The notes below the pieces were generated by a model that saw only the letters and a program-made list of their open reading frames with translations, searched no databases and was not told the DNA's origin. Below are positions 9,838-18,817 of a DNA stretch of 45,033 bases, one piece after another. Position numbers and translations under genes: made by a program. Source of the DNA: a virus (taxonomy: Duplodnaviria; Caudoviricetes); the IMG/VR virus record IMGVR_UViG_3300049049_000047, positions 1 through 45,033 of that record. One strand, written 5' to 3'. Within the stretch, counting starts at the first letter, position 1. Every line of letters begins with the position of its first letter.

Positions 9838-10236
9838 ATGGCTGACACAGTAGACGTAACCGCGCTGTTCGTAGGTCGGCGCAGGGCGGCATATCGCCTC
9901 ACCAATGTTTCGGACGGGACTGGTGAAAATGCCGTGGCAAAGGTGGATATATCCACGTTGACGGGCCCTAATGGCGTATCGGCGACAACCAAAACCGTTG
10001 TTGAACAAATCGAGTGGTCCATCCAGGGCTTTACCTCTGTCCGCTTGTTCTGGGACCACACAACGGACGACGAGATCGCAGTTTTGTCCGGTGCTGGATT
10101 CAAGGACTACCGGGATTATGGCGGGCTGGTCGATCCGGGATCAACTGGAGGGACCGGTGACGTACTGCTGACGACTGCAGGCGCGGCCGCTGGTGCAACG
10201 TATGACATCACGATCACGCTTCGGCTGAAAAACTGA
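9838..10236 (+). CDS. Virion structural protein
   Basis: GGAGG SD before ATG 9838; ends TGDVLLTT...YDITITLRLK. Confidence 0.75.
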   Translation: MADTVDVTALFVGRRRAAYRLTNVSDGTGENAVAKVDISTLTGPNGVSATTKTVVEQIEWSIQGFTSVRLFWDHTTDDEIAVLSGAGFKDYRDYGGLVDPGSTGGTGDVLLTTAGAAAGATYDITITLRLKN

Positions 10237-10358
10237 TGTTCCGGCTCAACTGGTTCTTTACGTGGGCGGATGACGCGGCGGCTGAAGTATCGGCTGTCGT
10301 ACCAATCATGGCGCGGCATGGGCGCTCGCGTGCCGGTGTTGGTTCGAGGGGGCGGTGA
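10236..10358 (+). CDS. Small 40-aa protein (MFRLNWFFTWADD...)
   Basis: TGATG coupling at both ends; fills the gap exactly. Confidence 0.55.
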   Translation: MFRLNWFFTWADDAAAEVSAVVPIMARHGRSRAGVGSRGR

Positions 10359-10597
10359 TGGCATCCGTAACGATACAAGTAACCGCAGTCTGCGCCGGCG
10401 GCGACCATGCCACGGTCAGGCTGACCAAGGATGGTCAGTCGCGCACGTTGCCCATGCTGGTGCAGGAACTGCGCGGATCGATCACGCAAGAGGATGTCGA
10501 GGCGTTCGCAAAAGTGGCATTCCGCTTGCTGGCTGAGGGTAAGACTGCGGCGCAGTTCAAGACGGCGGCACAGGCCGGGTTCACGGTGACGATATGA
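10358..10597 (+). CDS. Hypothetical protein
   Basis: Coupled ORF in structural cassette. Confidence 0.65.
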   Translation: MASVTIQVTAVCAGGDHATVRLTKDGQSRTLPMLVQELRGSITQEDVEAFAKVAFRLLAEGKTAAQFKTAAQAGFTVTI

Positions 10598-11748
10598 GCG
10601 CGCTGACTCTGCTCTCTGGTGATGGCCCGCTGTTGCTGGATGATCTGGCACAGACCGGTGTCCCCAGTTTTTTGACGACGGCAGTGATGGATGCGTCCAC
10701 TGAAAAGCTGGCCATCGTCGGCTGCGTATGGCATCCAACGGTCAAGACTGGAACGATCAACATCCGCAAAGTGCATTTCCGCGTCGGCGCACTGACATTC
10801 AATGCAGCATCAACCATCCGCGTGTCTCTACAGAACGTGAGCGCAACGGCTGGTCCGCCCTATCAGCCGGATGGATCACAGGATCAGATCTACGATTTTG
10901 CTTCTGGCGCCGGTCTGACGGCGAATGCATGGAACGCCACCGGTAATTTGTCAGCCGACCGCACTGTTTCCATGAGCGCCACGAACATAGCAGATGCAAA
11001 TTCGCGTTGGGTGGCTGTGGTGTTTGAGTTCCAGGCTTTCACCGCCGCAGATTCCCTTGTGCTGAGCGCCATGTCAGCCAACTCCGGCAACGGCGCACTT
11101 GAGCATCTGATTGGCGGAAGCATGTTGCTTAATACGGGCTCTTGGGCAATTGCTAACTGTCAGGCTTCTGTAGTAGCTCTGGAATGTGACGATGGTTCCT
11201 TTGCTTTTCTCACCGGCTCCCGCCCTGTCAGTGCGATCAGTAGCGCCACGATAGGCAGTGGGTCCGCCATTCGTGCCGCAGGAATGAAATTTCGCTTCCC
11301 CATGGAAGTCCAGATTGACGCCATAGGCTTGATGCTGACGGTGCAGAACGGCGCGGACGGCGACCTTATTTTGTACGACAGCGACGGCACCACGGTACTG
11401 GCCTCAGTTGCAGTGGACAACGATGCGGTCTTTTCGACAGCGGCGCGGGTGGCCGTTGGGCAGATTCCAGCTATTACGCTGGCTGCCAACACGTATTACC
11501 GGCTGGTGTTCGTATCATCGACCGCGACGACGGCAACGATGAACTATGTGGAAGTCAATACGGCGGCACTAATGGATGGTTTTGTGGGCGGTCAGAACTT
11601 CCATTGGACCCAAAGAGACAGCGGCGGTACGTGGACGGATACAACCACGCGTCGCCCGCTGTTTGCCATGAAGCTGTGCTCTGTGCATGACGGCACAGGT
11701 GGTGGAGGTGGCAACACCTACAGCCGTGGGAGGATCGTTAATCCATGA
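10594..11748 (+). CDS. Putative head fibre/spike protein (beta-sandwich)
   Basis: 384 aa, Ala/Thr/Ser rich, ITLAANTYY motif, poly-Gly C-terminal linker. Confidence 0.6.
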   Translation: MSALTLLSGDGPLLLDDLAQTGVPSFLTTAVMDASTEKLAIVGCVWHPTVKTGTINIRKVHFRVGALTFNAASTIRVSLQNVSATAGPPYQPDGSQDQIYDFASGAGLTANAWNATGNLSADRTVSMSATNIADANSRWVAVVFEFQAFTAADSLVLSAMSANSGNGALEHLIGGSMLLNTGSWAIANCQASVVALECDDGSFAFLTGSRPVSAISSATIGSGSAIRAAGMKFRFPMEVQIDAIGLMLTVQNGADGDLILYDSDGTTVLASVAVDNDAVFSTAARVAVGQIPAITLAANTYYRLVFVSSTATTATMNYVEVNTAALMDGFVGGQNFHWTQRDSGGTWTDTTTRRPLFAMKLCSVHDGTGGGGGNTYSRGRIVNP

Positions 11749-12512
11749 GGCTACTCAAACAATCAACGGCGCGTGACATCGTCGTCTTTATGACCGACTC
11801 TTCCGACCATGTGAGCGGAAAGACCGGCCTGACGCTGACGATCACGGCCAGCAAGAATGCTGCCGCTTTCGCGTCAATCACACCGACCGTCACTGAACTG
11901 GCAACCGGCTGGTACAAGCTTGCGCTGACTACGTCTCATACCGACACACTTGGCGATCTCGCGTTGCACATCACGGCAACCGGCGCCGATCCTACTGACA
12001 CGCTCATGCAGGTTCTGGCGCTGTTGCCAGGCGATGCGGTGACGCTTCAGTCTGGGCAAGTGGTTGCGAGCGTCACCGGTGCCGTCGGCTCGGTAACCGG
12101 AAATGTCGGCGGGAACGTTGCCGGGTCGGTTGGCTCGGTGACCGCAGGCGTCACGGTGTCGACCAATAACGACAAGACTGGCTATGCGATCGGAGCAGGG
12201 GGCATCGAAAGCGCGTCGTTCGCGGCGGGCGCGATCGACAATGCGGCGATTGCAGCCGATGCCATCGGATCGTCTGAGCTTGCACAGTCCGCGGCGCGTG
12301 AAATCGCTGACGAGGTGCTTGACCGCAATCTGGCCGGCGGCGGCTCTGGTGATTCCAGAAACGTGCGGAACGCCCTTCGCTCGCTGCGGAACAAGGCGTC
12401 CATCGCAGGCGGAACGCTGACCGTGTGTCAGGAAGACGATTCGACAACCGCGTGGACGGCGGCGGTAACCACTGCGGCCGGCGATCCCATCAACTCGATT
12501 GACCCGACATGA
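11745..12512 (+). CDS. Putative fibre protein with VGSVTG repeats
   Basis: SVTGAVGSVTGNVGGNVAGSVGSVT repeats. Confidence 0.6.
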   Translation: MRLLKQSTARDIVVFMTDSSDHVSGKTGLTLTITASKNAAAFASITPTVTELATGWYKLALTTSHTDTLGDLALHITATGADPTDTLMQVLALLPGDAVTLQSGQVVASVTGAVGSVTGNVGGNVAGSVGSVTAGVTVSTNNDKTGYAIGAGGIESASFAAGAIDNAAIAADAIGSSELAQSAAREIADEVLDRNLAGGGSGDSRNVRNALRSLRNKASIAGGTLTVCQEDDSTTAWTAAVTTAAGDPINSIDPT

Positions 12513-12769
12513 TGAAAAAGTACCTCTACAAGCTCGGCGTGTGGCTGGTTGAGCGCTTTGGCGAGCCCATCAAGCCGCAATACGTGCCGGAAGTTGACAA
12601 GAACATCGTGCGTGCGGCCGGTGAGATTGTGGCCCGATGGCATGCACAGAAGGCTTCCGGCGAGTACAAGCGCCATGCCGCGCTCGCTGAACTGATCAAG
12701 GCATTTCCGGACGCGGAGAAGAGGGCGCTGTCGATGGCTATTGAGCTGGCCGTGTGGGGGATCGAATGA
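12509..12769 (+). CDS. Hypothetical protein
   Basis: Coupled ORF. Confidence 0.65.
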   Translation: MMKKYLYKLGVWLVERFGEPIKPQYVPEVDKNIVRAAGEIVARWHAQKASGEYKRHAALAELIKAFPDAEKRALSMAIELAVWGIE

Positions 12770-13008
12770 ACGACGATTTTGTTCTTGGCGATTCAAACGC
12801 GATTTGCGACGTGTGCGGATTCAAGTTTAAAGGAAGCCAGCTGCGTAAGCGGTGGGATGGCGCGATGACCTGTTCGAAGGACTGGGAGTCGCGGCACCCG
12901 CTCGATACGCTCAAGTCCCGCCAGGAGCGCCAAAACGTCAAAGACGCACGACCCGAGCCCGAGTATCGGTTTTTGACAACGAATGAAGTTCAGCCGGAGG
13001 ATCTGTAA
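12766..13008 (+). CDS. Small Cys-motif protein of the head-tail region
   Basis: AICDVCGFKFK...C..DWESRHP. Confidence 0.75.
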   Translation: MNDDFVLGDSNAICDVCGFKFKGSQLRKRWDGAMTCSKDWESRHPLDTLKSRQERQNVKDARPEPEYRFLTTNEVQPEDL

Positions 13009-13934
13009 TGCCAACGTCTGGCTCTACTAATTTCACTGTAAGCAGCGGCGAAATCGTCCGTGACGCTATGGAAATGGTCGGCGTCGTCGGTGTTGGTCAA
13101 ACGCTGTCCGCAGACGATTCGGCCCTTGGCTTCCGCAAGCTGAACATGATGATTAAGGCGTGGGCGGCACAGGGCATCCACCTGTGGGCGGTCAATGAAG
13201 CCACGCTTTTTCTGAATGTTGGCCAGCAGTCCTATACTCTTGGCACCGCACACTGCACGGACAATTATGTGCAGACGACGCTCAGCACGGATGAGGCAAC
13301 TGGCTCCACAAGCCTTGGCCTAACCTCCACGTCCGGTATGTCCGCAAGTGACAACATCGGCATTGTGCTGGATAGCGGCACGATTCATTGGACGACCATC
13401 AGCGGAGCGCCGGGAAGCCCGACGACGATTGCCGATGCGCTGCCAAGCGCCGCTTCGGCTGGATCCGTAGTGTTTGCCTACACGACCAAAATTGGCAAGC
13501 CGTTGCGCGTGCTGTCGGCATATCGCCGCGACATCAATGGCCAAGACACGCCGATTGAAATGATCGCTCGCGAAGACTATGCGCGGCTCGCTAGCAAATC
13601 GACCGCCGGTAAGCCAATCCAAGCCTTCTATCTGCCGCAACTCACCACCGGAACGCTTCGGATTTGGCCAACTGCTGATCTTTCGACAGATGTTGTGCGG
13701 TTTTGGTACGAACGCACACTCGAAGATTCTGACGTGGCTGGAGATGATCCGGATTTTCCGGTTGAGTGCGCAGAGGCGATTGTCACGAACCTGGCAGATA
13801 GGCTTGCGGCTACCTACGGCCTACCGATGGGGGAAAGGGCTGCACTTAAGGCGGATGCGGCGCTGGCACTCGATGCAATGTTGAGCTTCGACCGTGAAGA
13901 CACGTCTCTCATGTTCCAACCGGATATTCGGTAA
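13008..13934 (+). CDS. Head-tail adaptor (P22 gp4-like position)
   Basis: LNMMIKAW...GIHLW and DFPVECAEAIVTNLADRLA motifs; precedes gp10-like gene. Confidence 0.75.
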   Translation: MPTSGSTNFTVSSGEIVRDAMEMVGVVGVGQTLSADDSALGFRKLNMMIKAWAAQGIHLWAVNEATLFLNVGQQSYTLGTAHCTDNYVQTTLSTDEATGSTSLGLTSTSGMSASDNIGIVLDSGTIHWTTISGAPGSPTTIADALPSAASAGSVVFAYTTKIGKPLRVLSAYRRDINGQDTPIEMIAREDYARLASKSTAGKPIQAFYLPQLTTGTLRIWPTADLSTDVVRFWYERTLEDSDVAGDDPDFPVECAEAIVTNLADRLAATYGLPMGERAALKADAALALDAMLSFDREDTSLMFQPDIR

Positions 13935-15349
13935 TGCGCGTCCCGCTCCTATCCGCCAGCTACAGCGCTGAATCGCTGATTGCGTCCGCGCAGCGCTGCA
14001 TCAATTTGTATCCTGAGGCGAATCCGCCTGACGCATCAGCGCCGACGACGTTCTACGGCACGCCAGGATTGAGCCTTTGGACGACGATTAGCGGCGCTGG
14101 CGGGCTCCGCTTGCTGTTCCGCTCGAGCAATAACATCCTGTTTGCGGTTCGCGGTAACACGCTGAGCCGCTACAGCGCCGGCTCATGGGTCGATGTGACC
14201 ACGCTTTCGACAAGCACAGGTCGCGTGGTTGCTGCTGACAACGGCAATACGGCCGTGTTTGTAGACGGCACGACGACCGCCCCGACTATCGATTTGTCCA
14301 CGTTTGCAGTAGGCGCGATGTCCGGAGATGGTTGGTATGGTGCCGATTTCGTTTACTACATCGACGGCTTCTTTGTATTCAACAAGCCTCGAACGCAGAC
14401 TTTCTATAAGACGGCCGCCCTGGCCGTGACGCTTGATCCGCTGGACTTTGCGAGTGCTGAGTCCATTCCTGACCAGCTTGTGTCAATGATGGTCGATCAC
14501 GGCGAGATTTGGCTGTTTGGTGAGTTCACCACGGAGGTTTTCGATAATAGCGGCGCGTCTGATTTCCCGTTCCAACGCATCGGCAGCGCAATCATGTCCG
14601 TTGGCTGTGCTGCAAAGCATTCGCCTGCTGCGATCGACAACAGCATTGTCTGGCTCGGTCGCGATCAGAACGGCGAGGGCATGGTCTGGCGGGCGCAAGG
14701 TTACAACCCTGTCCGGATCTCCTCACACGCGCTGGAAGTTGCGATTCGTGGGTATTCCCGCATCGATGACGCCGAGGCCTATGTCTACCAGCAGAACGGC
14801 CATGCGTTCTATGTGCTGAACTTCCCGACCGCTGACAAAACGTGGGTTTGGGACGCGGCCACTGGCTTGTGGCATGAGCGGGCCTATCGCGATTCATCCA
14901 ACAACCTGCATCGTCATCGCTCGTGCTGCCATGTGCTTTTCGATCGAATGAACCTAGTTGGCGACTGGGAGAACGGCAACATCTACGAATTTGACCTCGG
15001 CACGTACACCGATAACGGAGACGCAATCCAGCGCATCAAGTCATTCCAGCATCTTCAGGCAGACGGCAAGCGCATCCGGATAGACCGGTTCGAGCTGGAC
15101 ATTGAAGTCGCGGTCGGATCAGAGGCTGGGGAAGACCCAATGGCCTCGATCAAGCTCTACGCCGACCGTGGCAAGACGCTTGCGGCTACGAATGTCCGCT
15201 CGCTCGGCAGGATTGGAGCTTATGCCACACGGGTGGAAGTGCATCGCTGTGGCACGCATCTTGACCCGGTTTTTGAGGTTTCGACCACGGCAGACGCGAA
15301 GATTGCATTCCAAGGCGCATTTATTGACGCTGTTCCGATGCTGCGATGA
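13934..15349 (+). CDS. Packaged-DNA stabilization/tail hub protein (P22 gp10-like)
   Basis: 471 aa; DPLDFASAESIPD, RISSHALE, FYVLNFPTADKTWVWD motifs. Confidence 0.88.
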   Translation: MRVPLLSASYSAESLIASAQRCINLYPEANPPDASAPTTFYGTPGLSLWTTISGAGGLRLLFRSSNNILFAVRGNTLSRYSAGSWVDVTTLSTSTGRVVAADNGNTAVFVDGTTTAPTIDLSTFAVGAMSGDGWYGADFVYYIDGFFVFNKPRTQTFYKTAALAVTLDPLDFASAESIPDQLVSMMVDHGEIWLFGEFTTEVFDNSGASDFPFQRIGSAIMSVGCAAKHSPAAIDNSIVWLGRDQNGEGMVWRAQGYNPVRISSHALEVAIRGYSRIDDAEAYVYQQNGHAFYVLNFPTADKTWVWDAATGLWHERAYRDSSNNLHRHRSCCHVLFDRMNLVGDWENGNIYEFDLGTYTDNGDAIQRIKSFQHLQADGKRIRIDRFELDIEVAVGSEAGEDPMASIKLYADRGKTLAATNVRSLGRIGAYATRVEVHRCGTHLDPVFEVSTTADAKIAFQGAFIDAVPMLR

Positions 15350-15729
15350 GCACTATTTCATTACCGCCGCGGCGCGAAGCCATTGTCCAGGCGAATGGTC
15401 AGGTTAGTCCGGTCTGGCTGCGCTGGTTCAACGACGTTTTGCAGCGCTTAGGCGGGGGCGAGGTTGACACAGATCTTGCGGCCATCGTTGCCCTGCTGAC
15501 TGAGGCCGGTGCGGAAATCGATGAATTACAGAGTGAGTACGCGCCGGAACCGGTCGCAGTCCGCGAGGCGCTGCGGGCTGTTGAGGAACTACGCGGGGAG
15601 CTGGCGTCTGTCCGCATGGCAAACGACGAATTGCGCGGCCAAATCGAGGATTTACACAGGCAAATGCAGCAATCGCGAGGCGAGGACTTGCGCAACCGTA
15701 TTGAAACCATAGAAGGAAGGCTAGGCTAA
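15346..15729 (+). CDS. Coiled-coil tail accessory protein (needle-like position)
   Basis: VSPVWLRWF followed by heptad repeats. Confidence 0.65.
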   Translation: MSTISLPPRREAIVQANGQVSPVWLRWFNDVLQRLGGGEVDTDLAAIVALLTEAGAEIDELQSEYAPEPVAVREALRAVEELRGELASVRMANDELRGQIEDLHRQMQQSRGEDLRNRIETIEGRLG

Positions 15730-16070
15730 TGGCAATCTCCTACTCCAAACTGTTTGAGCCGACCGTGCTCACCACCAGTGCAGCAACGCTCTTTACCGTG
15801 GGCGCTACGCCGACATCGAATCTCCTGCGCGGTGGCCGTGTGCGCTTTACCAACACGACGGCGGGCGCTGTCACCGTCACGGCGTATGCGATCGCATCTG
15901 CCGGCGCTGCTGCAGACGGCAACGCAATCCTGAAAGCGAAGTCCATCGGCGCGAATGACTACTTGGACGTTGACCTGCCGACCATGAAGGCTGGCGACTT
16001 CCTCCAGGCGCTGGCGAGTGCTGCGACCTCGATCACGGCGCACTACATCACCGGATCGGTGTTCTCCTAA
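15729..16070 (+). CDS. Small virion protein
   Basis: Coupled ORF, beta-rich. Confidence 0.7.
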   Translation: MAISYSKLFEPTVLTTSAATLFTVGATPTSNLLRGGRVRFTNTTAGAVTVTAYAIASAGAAADGNAILKAKSIGANDYLDVDLPTMKAGDFLQALASAATSITAHYITGSVFS

Positions 16071-16087
16071 TCCCCGTAGAGGATCTG

Positions 16088-16567
16088 ATGACACCAAGCT
16101 ATGCACCAAAGACGGTTTACACGTATGGCGTACGGGCGCCAGAACCAATCAAGGTGCGGGAAAACCTCCTTCGCCTTGAATCTGAAATGAGGCGGATGGA
16201 GCAGGTTGACATTGCCGTCACGCATCACTTTGCTCCGGGCGCCTATGCTCGGGAAATCTTCATTCCCAAGGGCGTTACCTTGGTCGGCAAGCTGCACAAG
16301 ACGTCCTTCCTTTGCATTATCTCGAAAGGGCGTGTTCACGTGGTGACGGAGCACGGCAAGGAAGTGTATGAGGCGCCGTATACCTTTGTTTCACCAGTGG
16401 GCGCAAAACGCGCGATCTATGCCGAGGAAGACACGGTATTCACAACTTTCCATGTAACCGAGGAAACGGACGTAGGAAAGATAGAAGAAACCATTATTGC
16501 AAAAAGTTACGACGACCTGCCTGCGCTCGACGAGTCCGCCGAGCCTTTGAAATTGAAGGAGATTTGA
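16088..16567 (+). CDS. Cupin-like protein preceding ejection genes
   Basis: HHFAPGAYAREIFIPKG..VGKLHK...APYTFVSPVGAKR. Confidence 0.7.
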   Translation: MTPSYAPKTVYTYGVRAPEPIKVRENLLRLESEMRRMEQVDIAVTHHFAPGAYAREIFIPKGVTLVGKLHKTSFLCIISKGRVHVVTEHGKEVYEAPYTFVSPVGAKRAIYAEEDTVFTTFHVTEETDVGKIEETIIAKSYDDLPALDESAEPLKLKEI

Positions 16568-16568
16568 T

Positions 16569-17495
16569 ATGACATGGGTAGCAACAGCTGTCATTGGCAG
16601 CGCAGTCGTCGGCGCTGGCACATCGGCGTATGGAGCAAATAAGGCAGCGAATGCGCAGGAAAGCGCTGCGAATCAGGCTAATCAATTAAGTCGCGAGGCG
16701 CAAATTCAAGCGCGGGCTGATCAGGCCCCTTGGCGACAGGCAGGCGGCGCCAGTCTCAACCGACTGAGCATTCTGTTGGGGCTGGACCCGAAAATGTCGG
16801 GGGTGATGCCGACTCTTGAAAACTCGTCCGACATCCGCGCCCGACTCGCGCCGACTTACCGCAGCTTAAAGCTAGCGCCAACTGATTACACAAGTCGCCT
16901 TAATCTTGCGGTGCGTGCAGAGCAGCAAAAGCAGCGTGACGCACTGGCCGAGTACAAGAAAAATCCGGTCACGAATAACGTGACACATCCTGAGTTCGGC
17001 TCGTTGATGGACGACTTTACGCTCGCGGACTTCGAGAAAGATCCGGGCTATGAGTTCCGATTGGCCGAGGGAATGCGTGGGCTGGAAAACAGTGCTACGG
17101 CTCGTGGCGGGTTGCTGTCCGGTGCGGCACTGAAAGCAGCTGCCCGGTTTAGTCAGGACTTTGCGTCAAACGAGTTTGGTAACGCATGGAATCGCGACAG
17201 CATCAATAAGACAAACAAGTTCAATCGCCTTGCTTCGCTGGCCGGTGTTGGGCAAACAGCGGCAACGCAGATGGGCAATACCTCTCTGCAAACTGCGCAA
17301 ACGATCGGCAACAACACGACCGGCGCTGGAAATGCACGGGCATCCGGCTATGTCGGCACGGCGAACGCCATCAATAACGGAATTTCGCAGGGGATGAATT
17401 GGTGGCAGGGTAATCAGCTGATAAACAAATTAGGCAGCGGTGGCGATTGGTGGACAACGCCGGCCGGCATTAACGCAAATGGCGGAGGTTTCTGA
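16569..17495 (+). CDS. DNA ejection protein (P22 gp7-like)
   Basis: Hydrophobic Gly/Ala N-terminus; PGYEFRLAEG...ARGGLLSGAALKA motif. Confidence 0.8.
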   Translation: MTWVATAVIGSAVVGAGTSAYGANKAANAQESAANQANQLSREAQIQARADQAPWRQAGGASLNRLSILLGLDPKMSGVMPTLENSSDIRARLAPTYRSLKLAPTDYTSRLNLAVRAEQQKQRDALAEYKKNPVTNNVTHPEFGSLMDDFTLADFEKDPGYEFRLAEGMRGLENSATARGGLLSGAALKAAARFSQDFASNEFGNAWNRDSINKTNKFNRLASLAGVGQTAATQMGNTSLQTAQTIGNNTTGAGNARASGYVGTANAINNGISQGMNWWQGNQLINKLGSGGDWWTTPAGINANGGGF

Positions 17496-18817
17496 TGCCA
17501 ATTGATCCTCGTATCGCCCTTGGCATCCAGCCGGTGCAGCTTGAAAACCCGCTGGACGCTTACGCCCGCGTCTCCCAAGTGCAGGCCATGCAGCAGCGCA
17601 ACCGGTTGACGGATCTGATGTTTCGGGACAAGGAGCGAGAGTTGCAACAGGAGAATGCTCTTGCGGGCTTGTATCGTAATGCCATCGGCGCGGATGGTAA
17701 GGTTGACCGGTCTAAGGTTCTGACGGGCGCTGCTTCTGGCGGCCTTGGAGCGAAGATCCCGAGCCTGCAAAAGGGCTTTGCGGAGCAGGACAAGTCTGAG
17801 GCGGAGTTGCACAAGATCAGGTACGAGGCCGTTACAAAGGCGGACGCTTTCCATCGTGATTTGCTGTCGAACGTGAACGATCCGCAAGCGGCTGCGCAAT
17901 GGCTGCAGGCGACATATAACGATCCGCTGCTGGGGCCGATGTTCGCACGCGCACGCCCGATTGACCAGGCATTGGCCGCAATTCCGCAAGACCCGGCCGG
18001 GTTCGCAGATTGGAAGCGACAAAGCGCACTTGGTGCGACGAAATTTATCGAACAGAACAAGCCGACGATCCAGACGCGCAATCTTGGAGGCACAACCGAG
18101 ACGATGGCAATCAATCCGTTCGATGGCTCTACCAAGGTGACGAATAGCGTCAAGAACACGATGTCGCCGGATACGGCCGCCACTACTGCTCTCGGATTGG
18201 CAAACAACAAGGTGGCGCGGGATCGGCTGGACTTTGATCAGAAGCAGCCGAAGGGCCAGTACGACGCTGATCGTGGCGTCATCGTGGATACTCGAACAGC
18301 TACCGCTACGCCAGTAAAGGGTGCAGATGGTCAGCCGATCGGTGGGAAGGACAAGCTTCCGGAGGCGCAACAGAAGCAAGTAATTGGCGTACAGAACCTG
18401 AGCAACGCGATTCAGGAGTACCGGGACGAACTGAAGAACTTCGGATTCGGCTCCGGGCTGAGCCCTGATAAGCGGGCCTTGATGGGTACGAAGTACAACA
18501 ACATGATGCTGCAGGCGAAAGAGGCCTATAACCTTGGCGTCTTGAACGGCCCAGATCTGGAGATCCTAACCAGCGTGATCACCGACCCGCGTTCACTGAA
18601 AGGGACATTTACCTCAAACGAAACGCTAGACAAGCAGGCGTCAGAGCTCGATCGCATCATGCAGGGCGTTGGAAAGGTGGCAAGCCAGCCGAAGCCACGG
18701 GTAGACGGATCGAAGACCCCGGCCACAAGCGCAGGGCCAAAAGCCGGCACAGTAGAGGGTGGCTACAGGTTCAAAGGCGGCAATCCTGCCGATCCTAACT
18801 CATGGGAGAAGGTGTGA
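17495..18817 (+). CDS. DNA ejection protein (gp20-like position)
   Basis: MPIDPRIALG start, helical Gln/Ala-rich; C-terminal GYRFKGGNPADPNSWEKV. Confidence 0.7.
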   Translation: MPIDPRIALGIQPVQLENPLDAYARVSQVQAMQQRNRLTDLMFRDKERELQQENALAGLYRNAIGADGKVDRSKVLTGAASGGLGAKIPSLQKGFAEQDKSEAELHKIRYEAVTKADAFHRDLLSNVNDPQAAAQWLQATYNDPLLGPMFARARPIDQALAAIPQDPAGFADWKRQSALGATKFIEQNKPTIQTRNLGGTTETMAINPFDGSTKVTNSVKNTMSPDTAATTALGLANNKVARDRLDFDQKQPKGQYDADRGVIVDTRTATATPVKGADGQPIGGKDKLPEAQQKQVIGVQNLSNAIQEYRDELKNFGFGSGLSPDKRALMGTKYNNMMLQAKEAYNLGVLNGPDLEILTSVITDPRSLKGTFTSNETLDKQASELDRIMQGVGKVASQPKPRVDGSKTPATSAGPKAGTVEGGYRFKGGNPADPNSWEKV

